A stretch of DNA of 64,000 nt from Felis catus. Taxonomy: Eukaryota. Under the pieces are notes generated by a model. It ran no database searches. It was not told where the DNA came from and worked only from the letters and a program-made list of their open reading frames with translations. A program made the position numbers and the translations under genes. The DNA lies in the NCBI RefSeq assembly GCF_018350175.1, contig NC_058368.1, positions 121,832,001 to 121,896,000 of the forward strand. Reading direction: 5' to 3'. This document shows, piece after piece, positions 52,073 to 64,000 of the stretch (its first letter is position 1; the number at the start of each line of letters is the position of its first letter).

Positions 52073-54585
52073 CAGAGGAAGAACTGAACTTTCTGATATC
52101 ACCTGTGGTGGGAAGGGACAGGCTACCCTAAGACCTATCCTACCTGGGCCAATGCCTCTCCCAAGGGCAAATTTCTTCCAGGTATTCTCTTGACTAAGGT
52201 TTTCTTGAACCTCAAATGCAGGATGCTTACCCAGTTCCTGAGACTGCTTTGCCAGTGATGGCTTGTCATGGATGAGGAGGACAGGCAAGCTGGCTTTGAG
52301 ATGTCCCAAGTCCAAAGCAGCCAGAGCACCTAGGACATCATGACCAGCCTTTCCTGTTCTGTGTCTCTGGGGCTGCAGCCCTGTGCCTGAGCCAGTTTTG
52401 GCTTCACTGCCTTCTTATCCAAGACCCCTAGGTGGGGAGAGGGCAGGGTCTGGGAAGGTGTCAACTACTAATGAATAACACTCTCCTCCAAAATTAATAA
52501 GCCTTCCAGTTCTTAGGAAAATCCACTCAACTGGAGTCTCCAGGATGACTAATTGACAGAACTGGTTAAATTAATCAAAAATGGAAATGAGGATGGGGGA
52601 AGGGGGAAGGGATTCTATTTTTACTCTGTGGCTTGCTTGGGTTTTGCTTGCTCTGTTGCTAATAGCTGCTAAGCTTGAATGGGGTAGATGCTGGATTGGG
52701 TAGGGGGAGGGCTGGTTTTAGTGAATTCTACTCCTTGCAGCAAGTCTCTGGCTTTTCGCCAGAAGGGGGTGGTGTCTGTGTGTTTGTAATCCTGTCATCA
52801 GGCAAAAGCATTTTAATAAAGGGCCTGGTATTTTTCAACTTAACCCTCCCTAGAATAAATACTGTTAATTATGTCCCCAATCAACACTGATCCCTTTTGG
52901 AAGCTGTGTCAAACCTCAGAGATTTTAAGATTCACTGCAGATGCAATCTTAGCTGATGTCTTTAGGCACATTCCATCAGAGACCGGGAGAATGAACCTTA
53001 GCTTTATTAAGGGATCCAGTGGTCTAGAGAAGCAGGACTTGGCAATTAAGTTTGTCGATGAGGGTGAATAATGAGACAGTGGATTTCATGTTCTCTACAA
53101 GGGCAGGGTTAGTTCTGCGATTGGAAACCGTTAGGTTGGGGGATCCAGCTGATGGGGATTATATAAAACCCCCATGCAATAATTCTTCTGGATATTAGCA
53201 AAAGATCATGCTTCTTCTCCAGCTGCCAAACAGCCAGGAGAAGGAGAAGAATCAATTCTTCTCTTGGAAGCAGACAGACCTGGGTTCAAATGTTGGCTCC
53301 TTCATTATGATTTGGGGCAAGTGTCTGCACCTCTCTGTGCTTCATCTGTAAATTAGAATTACTAGTACCAACCCTCAAGTGTTGTTGTGAGGCTTAAACA
53401 AGATACCGAAGGGTTCAAAAAGAATAGCCACCCCCTCCACTACACACACTTTTGGAGGAAAATGGAATTTCTGATTTGGATTTTCAGGTTGGCCATCAAA
53501 CTGTACCCCATTTGCAATGGAAATCAGGCTATTTTCTCAATGACCACACTATTCACTAAAACACATCAGACTTTATGGCCTACAGTACTTGTAGCTTTCC
53601 CCTACAATGTGAAAGAATCAGATATCTTCATACCAGCCCCATGATAACTGATGTAAGTGCACTGCAGGGTTGATGGTGACAGTCCCTAGATAGACAGCCT
53701 GCCTTGGTTTCACGTGAAGGAGGGAATGTTGGTGGCCAAATCTCAAGCTGCAGATTTGTCTGTGCAGAAGGGCCTTGTTCATGGAATAGAACGACCATGG
53801 GCAGTGGATTCATTGGTGGAGCCAGTGCAAGGGCACTGGGGCTGCAGAGCTGCCCATCACTGCTGCAGACAGGAGCCCCAGCTCCTTACCCTGGCCTTCT
53901 CTCTCTCCTCTTGGCTTATACACCACTGCTCCCCACCCCTTGTTCTCCCCTCCCCCATTTCCTTCTTACCTCCCTGGCAGGCCATACTCAGCCTCTTGTA
54001 AAAGACCACCTCCTCTTCCTCCAACCCCACCAGGAAGTGTTGGTGTGCCTCCGTCCTCTACTGTCCACTCCTCCTCATTTGCACCCTCTCCCCTAAGTGA
54101 CTTCACCCCATCTTATGGCTTCAAATATCCTAACAGCTCATGACTCCTAAATTCTACATTCAGCCCAGACCTCTCTTCTGACTTCCAGACTCAGGTGTCC
54201 ATTTGTTGCAGACTTCTCCAAGTGGGCAGATCAGAGACCTCTCAGTCTGGCACATCCAGAAGAGAACACTTGGGTTTTTCCATATCAACCTGTTCCTTCC
54301 TCAATCTCCTCGTCTCAGTGTACATCACCACTATGCCCTCAGGTGCTCAAGACGAAAACCTATGAGTTATCTTACCTCTTTCTATACCTTTGCACTGCCG
54401 GCCTCTCGGCAGGTCTGATGAGCCCAGCCTACTCAGGAGATTCTGAATCTGGCCACTTACCACCTCGTCACTGCCTCCATCCTGGTCAGAGTCACTATCA
54501 TTTCTTCTCTAGATCGAGGCAAGAGCCTGCTAATTGGTCTTTCTGCTTCCAGGCTTGCCACCCCCTTTTCATTTGAGAACTCTTT

Positions 54586-54617
54586 TCTTTCTCTTTTATT
54601 TCAGACAGAGAGGGAGA

Positions 54618-54664
<47 letters not shown>

Positions 54665-54825
54665 CGCACTGAGGAGAGGGACAGAGGGGGAGAGAGAGAG
54701 AATCCCAAAGAGGCACCACATTCAGAATGGAGCCCAACACAGGGCTCAATCCCATTACCTAGGGATCATGACTTGAGCTGAAATCCAGACTTGGACCCTC
54801 AAGGGACTGAGCCACCCAGGCACCC
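54586..54825 (-). mobile_element. Can-SINE with long (GA)n
   Basis: TSD tgagaactctttt / tgagaagtctttt. Confidence 0.9.
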
Positions 54826-55161
54826 TGAGAAGTCTTTTAAGGCCATAAACAGAGTACTAGTCACTTTTCTGCTTAGAACCATCTACTAGCTTCCACCTCA
54901 CTTTAAATGGAATCCAGCTGCTCTACCTGGTCTACAAGACTACCTTATCTGTCCCCCAATTACCTTTTCTGCCTCCTCCTCTATTCCACTGCTCAGCCTA
55001 CCAGCCTCCATCCACTGGCCCCTTTTCTATTCTTTGAACACACAATGTTGTTCCTGTGTGAGGACCTTCATACATTATCTCTGTCTGCTTTTGACAATTC
55101 AAGTCTCAGTCAAAGGCTTTGTCTTACCACCTGATGTAAACACCTCCACCCAGGTATTCTT

Positions 55162-55387
55162 TTTTTTTTTTTTCAATTTTTTTAATGTTTTTATTTATTG
55201 TTGAGACAGAGAGAGGCAGAGCATGAGCAGGGGAGGGGCAGAGAGAGGGGGAGACACAGAATCCGAAGCAGGCTGCAGACTCTGATCTGTCACCACAGAG
55301 CCCGATGCGGGGACCAAACTCACAGAGTGTGAGATCATGACCTGAGCTGAAGTCGGATGCTCAACCGACTGAGCCACCCAGGTGCCC
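55162..55387 (-). mobile_element. Can-SINE (SINEC_Fc)
   Basis: TSD ctccacccaggtattcttt / ctccatccaggtattcttt. Confidence 0.93.
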
Positions 55388-56233
55388 CTCCATCCAGGTA
55401 TTCTTTAACCCTGTTTAATCTGATGGCTTTTATCACTGTGTGAAATTAACTCGTTCATTTGTACAATGGCATGAATTTTCTCTCCCCACTCTTTGCTAAT
55501 GTAAGCTCTGTGAAGGCAGGAATGAGTAGGTGTTGAATAACTCTTAGTGGAGTAAGTGATTTCTAGTATCCTGGTTAAAGAGCACAAATATGGATCAAAC
55601 CTCAGCTCTGTCTGAACATTTGGTGTTCTCTGTCCCAAAAAGAACGTTTGGTGGCCATAAGAGTATCATTTTCCCTCTTCCTCATCTGCAACATGTGACT
55701 AATGATGGTATGTGCCTCACAAGGCTGTCAGGAGGATTGAATGAGCGCATAGCCTGGCTTACTTTCTGGATGTCATAAAATGTCACAGAAATTAGCTGTG
55801 ATAATGGCTGCTGACATTACCACATCTACAACTGTTGCTGCTGCTGCGGCTGCTCCCGTTCCCACTCGTAAAAGACACGCGTGGGAGGGAAGCAGGCTGG
55901 CACCATCATCCCAACCATATCTGACATGGAGCTTGTATGGGCCGGGTGCTGTTCTAAGGCATCATGGTGTTCTCTCATCTTGTCTGCACAAGTACCCTGT
56001 AAAGTATGCAGTACCACTGGTTCTATTTTATAGATGAGGAAATTGAGGCACAGAGAGGTTAAGTAACCTGTTCCAGGTCCCCCAGTTACCATGGACACAG
56101 ACTAAGGGTGGATGCCATATTGACTTCTCTCCCCTACATTGGCCCTGTCTCTGAACTCATTTGCTACTGTCAGTTTAGTCTGGATGAAGGGAAGAAACAA
56201 AGTAGAAATGTTCTGGGCTGTGCTCATGGGGAA

Positions 56234-56597
56234 TGCTACGGACTGAATGTTTGGGTCCCCCCTACCAAATTCACATGTTGAATTCTCATCCCCAGTGAAA
56301 TGGTATTTTTAAGTGGGGCCTCTGGGAGGTGATTAGGCCTTGAGAGTGGAGCCATCATGAATGGGATTAGTACCTTTGTAAAAGAGAGTCCACAGAGAGC
56401 TCCCTCACGCCTCCCACCATGTGAAGACACAGCAAGATGACACCTATGAACCAGGAGGTGGGTCCCCACCAGACACTAAATCTGCCTGGGCCTTGATCTT
56501 GGACTTCTCAGCCTCCAGAACTGAGAGAAATAAATGTTGGTTGTTTATGCCACCCAGTCTACGGATTCTGTCATAGCAGCTTCAGTGGATGAAGAAA
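56234..56597 (+). mobile_element. MLT1A0-like solo LTR
   Basis: tgctacggactgaatgtttg ... ttgatcttggacttctcagcctccagaactgagagaaataaatg. Confidence 0.85.
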
Positions 56598-57136
56598 AAG
56601 AACAACAAGGACTCGGCACCTGCCTCGCCCATCCCAGTACCGAAGACAGGTGCCATCAAAGGGAGTGTGGAGTGAATCTATGTCTCCGCCCTGGAGCCAA
56701 GGCATGCAGCGGGGCTCTCCTGTTATCCACGGAGGTCAAATTACAGAAGTAGAAATACAACCTGGGGGAGAGGGGAGGAAATCTGAAAAATAGGAAAGTC
56801 GCCTGTATTTTACATCCGACCCCATCCCTTGCCCACAGGCCTGCCAGTCCCTGTCTACACCTACTCTGCTCACAGTGCTGCACTCATGGTGAGTCTGTAG
56901 CTGTGGTCTGCCTTAACGTTTAATGGGATCCCCTCCTGCTTGCTCCACCTTTAACTGCATCCACAGGTTGAGGGAAAGTTAGCCTCTGTGGCCCTTCAGG
57001 GGACCCCTTTCTCCACTTCTGTCTGAAGTGGAGCTGAAATCCAGACTGCTTTTCTTGCCGGCAGCCAGTGCGCCCGGGATCCACACCTGAAATGTAGGTT
57101 CCAGGGCTTGTGCGCTTGATTTTTTTCCCATCTTCA

Positions 57137-57535
57137 GTTATGCACCGAATTGTGCCCCTCGCTGCCCTAATCCCCAGCATCTCAGAATGTAACTGTATTC
57201 GGAGGTAGGGTCTTTATGGGGTAATTAAATTAAAATGAGGTCACTAGGGTGGACCCTCATCCAATATGCTTGGTGTTTTTAACACAGGGGGAGTTTGGGA
57301 CACAGACACGTGTGGAGGGAAGAAGATGTGAGGAAACAGGGAGAAGACAGTCATCAGTAAGCCAGGGAGAAAGGCCTAGAATAGATCCTTTCTGCCCAGC
57401 ACTCAGAAGAAGCGAACTCTGTGAATGCTGTGATCTAGGAAACCTGGTGCCTGAACTGCAAGACAATTAGGTTTTGTTGTTGAAGCCACCCAGTGGGTGG
57501 TTTGCTACAGGGACTCTAGTGAGTGAGTGAAAACA
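57137..57535 (+). mobile_element. MLT1B-like solo LTR
   Basis: ctcagaatgtaactgtattcggaggtagggtcttta ... aaaatgaggtcactagggtggaccct. Confidence 0.8.
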
Positions 57536-57594
57536 CCCTCTCACCCTCTTTTCCCATCTGCCTGCCTTTCCACTACACATGTCCAGTGAAGCTC

Positions 57595-58070
57595 TACTCG
57601 TAAGCCAGGCACTATGCTAAGTATTGGTAATTCCGTGGTTGGTAAGATAAAAGTCCCTGCCCTCAGAGAGATTACATTCTAGGTGGAGGCGGGGTGCGGC
57701 GGGGGGGGGGGGGGGCGGTGGGATGCAGAGAAAGAAAAGCAAACATCTATAGATGAATGCTATGAAAAAATAAAGAAATAAAATAGGGTGCAAACGGGGG
57801 TAAACAGGGAAGTTCTCTCTGAGGCGGTGATGGTTTCCCAGAGACCTAAAAAATGAGAACAGTGCAGACAAGGGGGAACATGGTGGGAGAGCATTCCAGG
57901 CAGAGGAATAGCCTGTCCAAAAGCCCTGAGGCGGGAAATGTCTGGGTCTATGTGACCTAAAGGCAGGTCCACGTAGCCAGACTCTGGGCAGCTGAGGTTG
58001 GAGAGGTGAGCAGGGACCAGATTTCACGCAGTGCACTAGAAAGGAGTTCGGATGTAATTTCTCTTTCATC
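57595..58070 (-). mobile_element. L2 3' fragment
   Basis: gccaggcactatgctaag ... gagcattccaggcagaggaatagc. Confidence 0.7.
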
Positions 58071-59104
58071 TCTGAGGTGTCATTCATCCTACCTGGCCAG
58101 TTTCTTCACCCAACTGCCAACAGTCACGCCTTGAAAAGGAAAAGCGTGGTTCAGCCCAGCCTATCAGCTGCTGCCATCAGCACCCTATTGTTTTAGGCAT
58201 TAAAATCTCAAACTGCAAACACAACCCTTGTCACTACCGCCAGAAGGGATAGGAAAAAAAACAGAGACGAGGGAGAGAATCCTCCCTCCCAACCCCTGCT
58301 GACTATGCAGAGTGAGGGACATATGGAAATTAATATATGCAGCTCTGATAACACGAATCTCCTCGGCATTTTGATTAAACGCGGACGGTTATTAAATACT
58401 CTCCTTCTCAGAGCTCATCTCCGAAAGCCAATGTTGCTTTTCATTTTGAACTCTGATGAACTGTCTCAATTCTGTTCACACACCTTGGCTGCGCCGTCAT
58501 CCACTGAAGGCTGGCGTTTGAGGAGGATGGAGAAAATCAATATGAAATGTCAGGCGAGAGGTCAGATTGAAGTCGTTCTCCCAGCCGGCAGGAGCCCAGG
58601 CGGCCGCTTACAGCAGCCGAACAAAGGGAGATGTGCTCTGAAGAAGGTCGGCACTTTGGACGAGTCAGGAAAATGAATTTTGTTCGCTTCTTAATTAGAT
58701 TAGGAGGCTGGCGGCTGGCAATTCAGGGCACCGCAAGCGTCAGGCGGGGGCATGGGGAGGCAGGGCTGCGGCAGAGGCCTTCGGGCCACTTGCTAGCTCC
58801 TGGGCCTCCCCAGAGACTGTCCCCGGGCTCTGCATCTCGAGGGCTATGTGACCCAGGCTGTGGGCAGCAGCCCCTGGCTGTGCAGCTTTCCAGGCCTCCT
58901 GCTTCTGTGGGCCCCGTGACCCTTCCCTGTTGTCTCACAGGGAACTTCTCAGCTGTCAGGTCACAGCTCAGAGGGCCCTGCCTGGGGTGTAGGCTCCTTG
59001 TTCCATTCCGTCATAGCACCACGTGCTTTTTTTCATACTGCTTACTACAGGCGCAATGTCATATCTGTTTGCGATTCTCTGATGAGTGGGTCTTTCTCCC
59101 TTCA

Positions 59105-59683
59105 TGCCAAGGTTAATTTTATGTATCAACTTGACTGGGCCATGGGGTACCCAGGTATTTGGTCCACTGTTATTCCAGGTGTTTCTGTGAAAGTGTTTTT
59201 GGGTGACATGAACATTTAAATTGACAGACTGAGTGAAGCAGATTGCCCTCCCTAATGTGGGTGAGTCCCATCCAATCAGTTGAAGGTCTGAATAGAATGA
59301 AGGGCCGGCCCTCCCCAAGTAAGAGGGAATTCTTCCACCTGACTCCGCTGAGCTGGCTTTGTACTCCAACTGAAAATACTGGCTCTTCCTGGGTCATGAA
59401 CCTGCTGGCCTTTGGACTAAAACTACACCATCAGCGCTCCTGGGTCTTAGGTCTTTGGACTTAAGACTGGAAACATATCACTGGCTTTTGTGGGTCCCCT
59501 GCAGTGCCAGTGTGGATCTTGAGACTTATCATCCTCCAAAATCACATGGGCCAAATATTAAAATAAATCTCTCATACACACCCATGTATATGTATAGATG
59601 AGACTATCTGTCTATCTATCTACCTCCCTACCTACTACCTTTCTACCTATCTCCTACTGGTTCTGTCTATCACTAACAAAGAC
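59105..59683 (+). mobile_element. MLT2B/D-like ERVL solo LTR
   Basis: ggttaattttatgtatcaacttgactgggcca ... gagtgaagcagattgccctccctaatgtgggtg ... tcctactggttctgt. Confidence 0.85.
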
Positions 59684-60759
59684 AGTTAGCTCTAAGGGGG
59701 AGGAAACCAGGTATGGTTTCACTTACCATTGTGTCCCCAGTCTGGTAAAATACCTGACATATAGTATGTGCTCAACAAAACCTAATTAAATAAATGAATA
59801 ATGGGGCTTCCTATATCTGGGAAAGGGGTTGGAGTCTTAGCACTGCACACCTCCAGGCCTGGAACCAGGGGGTTCGGGAGGAATAAGTGTGGTAAGTGCT
59901 GCTGCCATTTACTGCCTCCTGTGTGCCCAGCAGATGCCAGGTTCTGACACACAAGATGATGTTTACTTCTTGTAAGCAACCAGCTTGACGAGGCTGTCCT
60001 GATTATTTCTACTTTTCAAATGAGGAACTGGGGATTCAGAGGAATTAGACAGCTTGCCAGAGGTCACACAGTGACTGAATGTCAGAGCGGAGTTCTGATT
60101 CCAAAGCTTCTGCTCTAAACTTTTCTAGTTCTGGGGGTTTCTAAGGCCTTATCCTTTTTCCACCCTGAGTTCAGGGGTCCTCAAGCCTCACCGTGAGATT
60201 ATTCCTCAATGTCTGGGTCTGACTCCACAGCCCAAGCTCGTGTCTGCCACTGTGGGCGGTGAGCACCCTGGGGGTCCTCGAGCCATCTCTGGCACTCACT
60301 TTGCATCTGTGGCCCTACCAGCTGGTGTCTGCCCCCTTAGACAGCTCACATCACCCCACACAGAACATGCTTCCAGCAGAATCCCAACCTTTCACTCTGC
60401 CCTGGTATAGCTTTTACCAGTCCATGTCCCATATGCCATTTATGTCAACCCTAGCGCATTAATTCACTTACTAAATAAGTATTTACTGAGCACCTACTTA
60501 TGTGCTACACCTGGCAACATATGAGCAAAGCCAATTCAGTTCTTACCCTCAGAAGATTTGTGGTCCAGAGGGGAAGGACAATCAACAACTAATATCCATG
60601 TGTGATGAATGTCAACCTCTGATAATGCTCATAGCACCTGTAGTCATTTTTAAAAAACCGTTCCTTTTCCTCTTCTCTTCCTTTTGATTCTGATAGCCAC
60701 CATCCTTCTGTAGGTTATGAATTTACTTTGTGTTGAGGCTAAAGCAAAATCTTCTGATT

Positions 60760-61002
60760 TTTAAAAAAAAATTTTTAGATTTTTGAGAGAGAGAGAGAGA
60801 GAAAGAGGGAGGGGGGAGACAGGGTGTGAGTGTGTGTGTGTGTGTGGGGGGGGACAGAGAGAGACAGACATACAAAATCGGAAGCAGACTCCAGACTCTG
60901 AGCTGTCACAGAGAGCCTGATGTGGGGCTTGAACTCACGAACTGTGAGATCACGACTGAGCCAAAGTCAGACGCTCAGCCTGCTGAGCCACCCAGGTGCC
61001 CC
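60760..61002 (-). mobile_element. Can-SINE (SINEC_Fc)
   Basis: TSD caaaatcttctgatt / caaaatcttctaatt. Confidence 0.9.
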
Positions 61003-61122
61003 CAAAATCTTCTAATTCTCTTACCTTTCTTCCCACCACCACTGTGTTAATCTTCCATAAAACATAAATTCTGTAACTCTATTCTCCCGCCAGATGATCT
61101 CCAATCACTCTCCATAACTAGG

Positions 61123-61553
61123 GCTGTTTCTCAAACTGGGGCATGCGTATGTGTCTGGGTGGGGGAGAACGGGGGATGAACTAGGCAGTACAAAAAGCCA
61201 CGGGATGAACACTGCATCTTTTGGGAACATCAATTTTGCTGGAAATTTGGGAGTGGGGTAGAAATGTAATTATTAAATTCAAGTGAAAATAGGCATTTTA
61301 TGGGAGTAAAATGCAAAATTCATGTGAAATTTTAGGACAGAAAAGACTTCAAGGAAAATCTGCTGTGGTCTCCCCCAGGATCTCTGGCCTCGGCCAGGTG
61401 TGTGCTGTTTTTTCTAGGCTGGTGGGCAGGGTCACCCAGGGCCCAAGGGAGAGGTTTCATTGCCTCTGGGTGCCCCTTCTTCCACGGCAGCCAGGCTCAT
61501 GACCTGCCCCCAGAGTGCTGTGTGTCCTCAGTGGAAAAGTTTATGAAACACTG
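61123..61553. mobile_element. hAT-Charlie-type MITE (subfamily not assigned)
   Basis: Inverted termini ctgtttctcaaact ... agtttatgaaacactg, about 430 bp apart. Confidence 0.5.
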
Positions 61554-62142
61554 GGAACCAGACTCTGAGTACAGAGTAGGTGCTCAATGACTGAATGGAC
61601 GAATGAATGAATACACGGAACCATAAACTTTTGACTTTAATCTTCAAGGACCAACCTGATGGGAACCATCACCCCTATTTCGCCTCTTTCCTTGATATTT
61701 GTTCACCCAACTGACACCTCTTACTAAGACTCTAAAAAGGTTGCACGTAACTTCCTAACTTCAGGCTTTTGCCCAATCTGTACGCACTGCCCAAAACACC
61801 CTTCTCCTTCCCACCACACCAAATCCTACTTTTGTTCAACATGACTCCTCAGCCTTGGCCTTCCCCTGTGATGTCTATCCCAAATGTCCCACCCTCCTCT
61901 GAACATCCTAATCCCTGACTATCTCCAGTGCTCATCTGGGTGTTAACACACTGCCTTGCACACTATTCCTTAAATGTTTCCTGGCTACATCTTAAGTCAT
62001 GAGCCAAATTTTCAATGTAGTGAATGTAGGAGAGGTCTTCCCTTTCCAGTGGACCCCTCAGAGTTCTCAATAGTAAAAGACTCATCACAGATACATGAAA
62101 ATCATGCTGAAGGACTGATAAGGAATTGTAGTCTAGATATGT

Positions 62143-62235
62143 AGTTCTCCCACCCAAGTAGTAACCAGGCCCGACCCTGCTTAGCTTCCGAGATCAGACG
62201 AGATCAGGGACATTCAGGCTGGTATGGGCGGAGAC
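62143..62235 (-). pseudogene. 5S rRNA retropseudogene, 3'-truncated (about nt 1-88), no poly(A) tail
   Basis: Reverse complement gtctccgcccataccagcctgaatgtccctgatctcgtctgatctcggaagctaagcagggtcgggcctggttactacttgggtgggaga matches vertebrate 5S rRNA from position 1. Perfect 14-bp TSD TAGTCTAGATATGT at 62129-62142 and 62236-62249. Confidence 0.95.
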
Positions 62236-62243
62236 TAGTCTAG

Positions 62244-62455
62244 ATATGTTCTCAACCAAGGGCAATTTTCTTCCTCCTGGATATTTCACATCATCTGGAG
62301 ATAGTTTTGGTTGTCACAACTTACCTTGGCCACTCACATCTAGTGGGGGAAAGGCCAGGGATGCAGCTAAACATCCTATAATACAAAGGACAGCCTCCCT
62401 TCCTCTAAGAACTGTGTGCCCCAAATTCAATAGTGTTGCTGTTAAGAAATCCTTG
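62244..62455 (+). mobile_element. MER20
   Basis: gttctcaaccaagggcaatttt ... ttttggttgtcacaact ... aggccagggatgcagctaaacatccta ... gttaagaaatcc. Confidence 0.85.
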
Positions 62456-63147
62456 TCTACATTATAGTATCTTCCTAACCTATTTCCTTGCCTGTTTTTT
62501 CTCCCAGTCATAACCCAGCCTCCACCCTTCTGCCTTCTGTCTAAGCAACTTCTGTAACAAGTAATTCCGATCATATTACTCTCCTGGTTACGTAAATGGC
62601 TGTTCAATGACTTTGAGAAAACATTCAAGTTCTTCATCATGGCCATATGCCCAGGCTCCTGTATTCCTCCTCAGCTTCAAATCACTTCTGTCTCCCAGTC
62701 ATTCCCTATGTACCATCCATATCATTCATCCTGCAGTTCCACCAACATTACGATCTTTCGTGGCTCAGCACCTTTGCACATGCTGGTCCTTCTGCACTGA
62801 ACACTCCTCCTCTTGTTGGCTTACAGAAGTAAGTACTGCTCAAAGATCAGTGCCAGCACACACACACACGAGCAAATGTTTATTCATCATCTATCATGCG
62901 CCAGGCCCTGGTTTAGTGTGGGGAAACAGCTATGAGCAAAACAAAATAGGTCCATAGAGCTAATAGCCTAGACAGGTCCTCTCCAAAAGAACATCCTGCC
63001 ATGATGGAAATGTCTTAAACAGGTACTAATAATAGGATAGCTATGAGACACATGTGGCTACTGAGCACTTGAAAGGTAGATACTCTGAAATGAAATCTGC
63101 TTTAAGGGTAAAATACACACGCAAAAAAGTAAAACGTCGCATGAACA

Positions 63148-63242
63148 GTTTTTTTAAGTAGGCTCTATGCCCTACAGGGGGCTCGAACTCATGACCTTGA
63201 GATTGAGTTGCATGTCTATCCACTGAGCCAGCCAGCTGCCCC
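63148..63242 (-). mobile_element. Short Can-SINE (older SINEC-type)
   Basis: tttttaagtaggctct ... ggggctcgaactcatgacc ... cactgagccagccagctgccc. Confidence 0.8.
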
Positions 63243-64000
63243 TCACACTAACAATTCTGAATAGTTACCTCACCTCAGTCCCATGACAAACTCATGAGGT
63301 AGAAGTTACTGTTTTACCCATTTGCGTCTGGCTTTGACCTGGGTCCGTGTGGCTCCAGAACCCACACAGTGTATACAGCACTGCACTCTACAAACCAGCT
63401 TCCCCATGTGATACTTCTCACACCAAATGAGTGAGCAAAGATTATCAAAACGACCCACACATTCACCCCTCTCCTGGCAGAGCCATCACATCACTCATGT
63501 CACACAGGGATTGAAAGTGGAAGGTGGGACTATGGGAGAGAAAGGTCTTAATTTCTGGGTCTCCACAGCAAATTGCAGAGGCTAAATAACACCAAGCAGA
63601 AGGTAGTGGGGAAACAAACAGAGCTCTAGTCCCCCATGAACATCTTGGCAGCTGCACATTATTTAGTCCAACACTAGACATGGATTATCACTGCCTTTAG
63701 GCACTTCCACTCTGGGGAGCAGTTCTTTTTCCAGAAAGCTCCAGGCCCATCTCTTCTACCACAGCACTTGCTGTCAGGGCCAGCAGGCTTCACCTGCTCA
63801 CATGGGTCTTAGAGCCTTTGGCTTCGAAGCACTCAGTCCCTACTAGTTTGGAGCTGTTTTTCTCTCCAACAGTGGCCCGAAAACTAGTGTGACCCAAGGG
63901 CCTGTGAGTCTGGCTGCCCTTTATGTAACCCATTCCCTTTCTCTGAAGCTATCCTCTGGTGCCCACTATGGCCATTGGGACTTTGAGAGTTCTTGTTCCC

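Larger units (their letters stand above)
54080..55570 (+). mobile_element. L2 fragment carrying two Can-SINE insertions
   Basis: cagcccagacctctcttctgacttccagactc and aatgtaagctctgtgaaggcagg L2 motifs. Confidence 0.65.

Noticed and set aside
55836..55853. Short GCT run (poly-Ala in an ORF), reminiscent of the SCA12 CAG repeat
   Set aside because: The SCA12 repeat is at the 5' end of PPP2R2B, outside this window; this is a short imperfect intronic tract.
63463..63681. ORF containing LCDM, resembling the next upstream B55 exon (TIRLCDMR)
   Set aside because: Only four residues match and the surrounding B55 sequence is absent; that exon must lie beyond the window.

Overview
Mammalian genomic DNA from a carnivoran, most likely a feliform, judged from abundant Can-SINEs of the SINEC_Fc type and felid-like L1 3' ends. 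The only protein-coding content I can support is the last three coding exons of PPP2R2B (PP2A regulatory subunit B55-beta) on the minus strand: 33678-33847, 24986-25077 and 22074-22353. They have canonical GT-AG junctions, consistent phases and a TAG stop, followed by a proximal poly(A) signal at 21648-21653. Bases 33848-64000 are part of one large PPP2R2B intron, and 1-13000 is repeat-dense downstream DNA. The rest is interspersed repeats: L1, Can-SINE, L2, MIR, MLT1/MLT2, MER5A/20/58/103 and a near-full-length Tigger1. I see no prokaryote-type system (CRISPR, defence operon) and cannot support a novel protein-coding system; the other ORFs in the track are spurious or repeat-derived. Best leads: a candidate distal poly(A) site giving a ~9 kb 3'UTR, a tailless 5S rRNA retropseudogene with a perfect 14-bp TSD, a 91-bp L1 stub nested in a SINE, a ~70-bp monomer array in two L1 5'UTRs, a template-switch patch in Tigger1, and three repeat-free intronic enhancer candidates. 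Repeat subfamily names come from remembered consensus sequences, and repeat boundaries are approximate unless a TSD is quoted.
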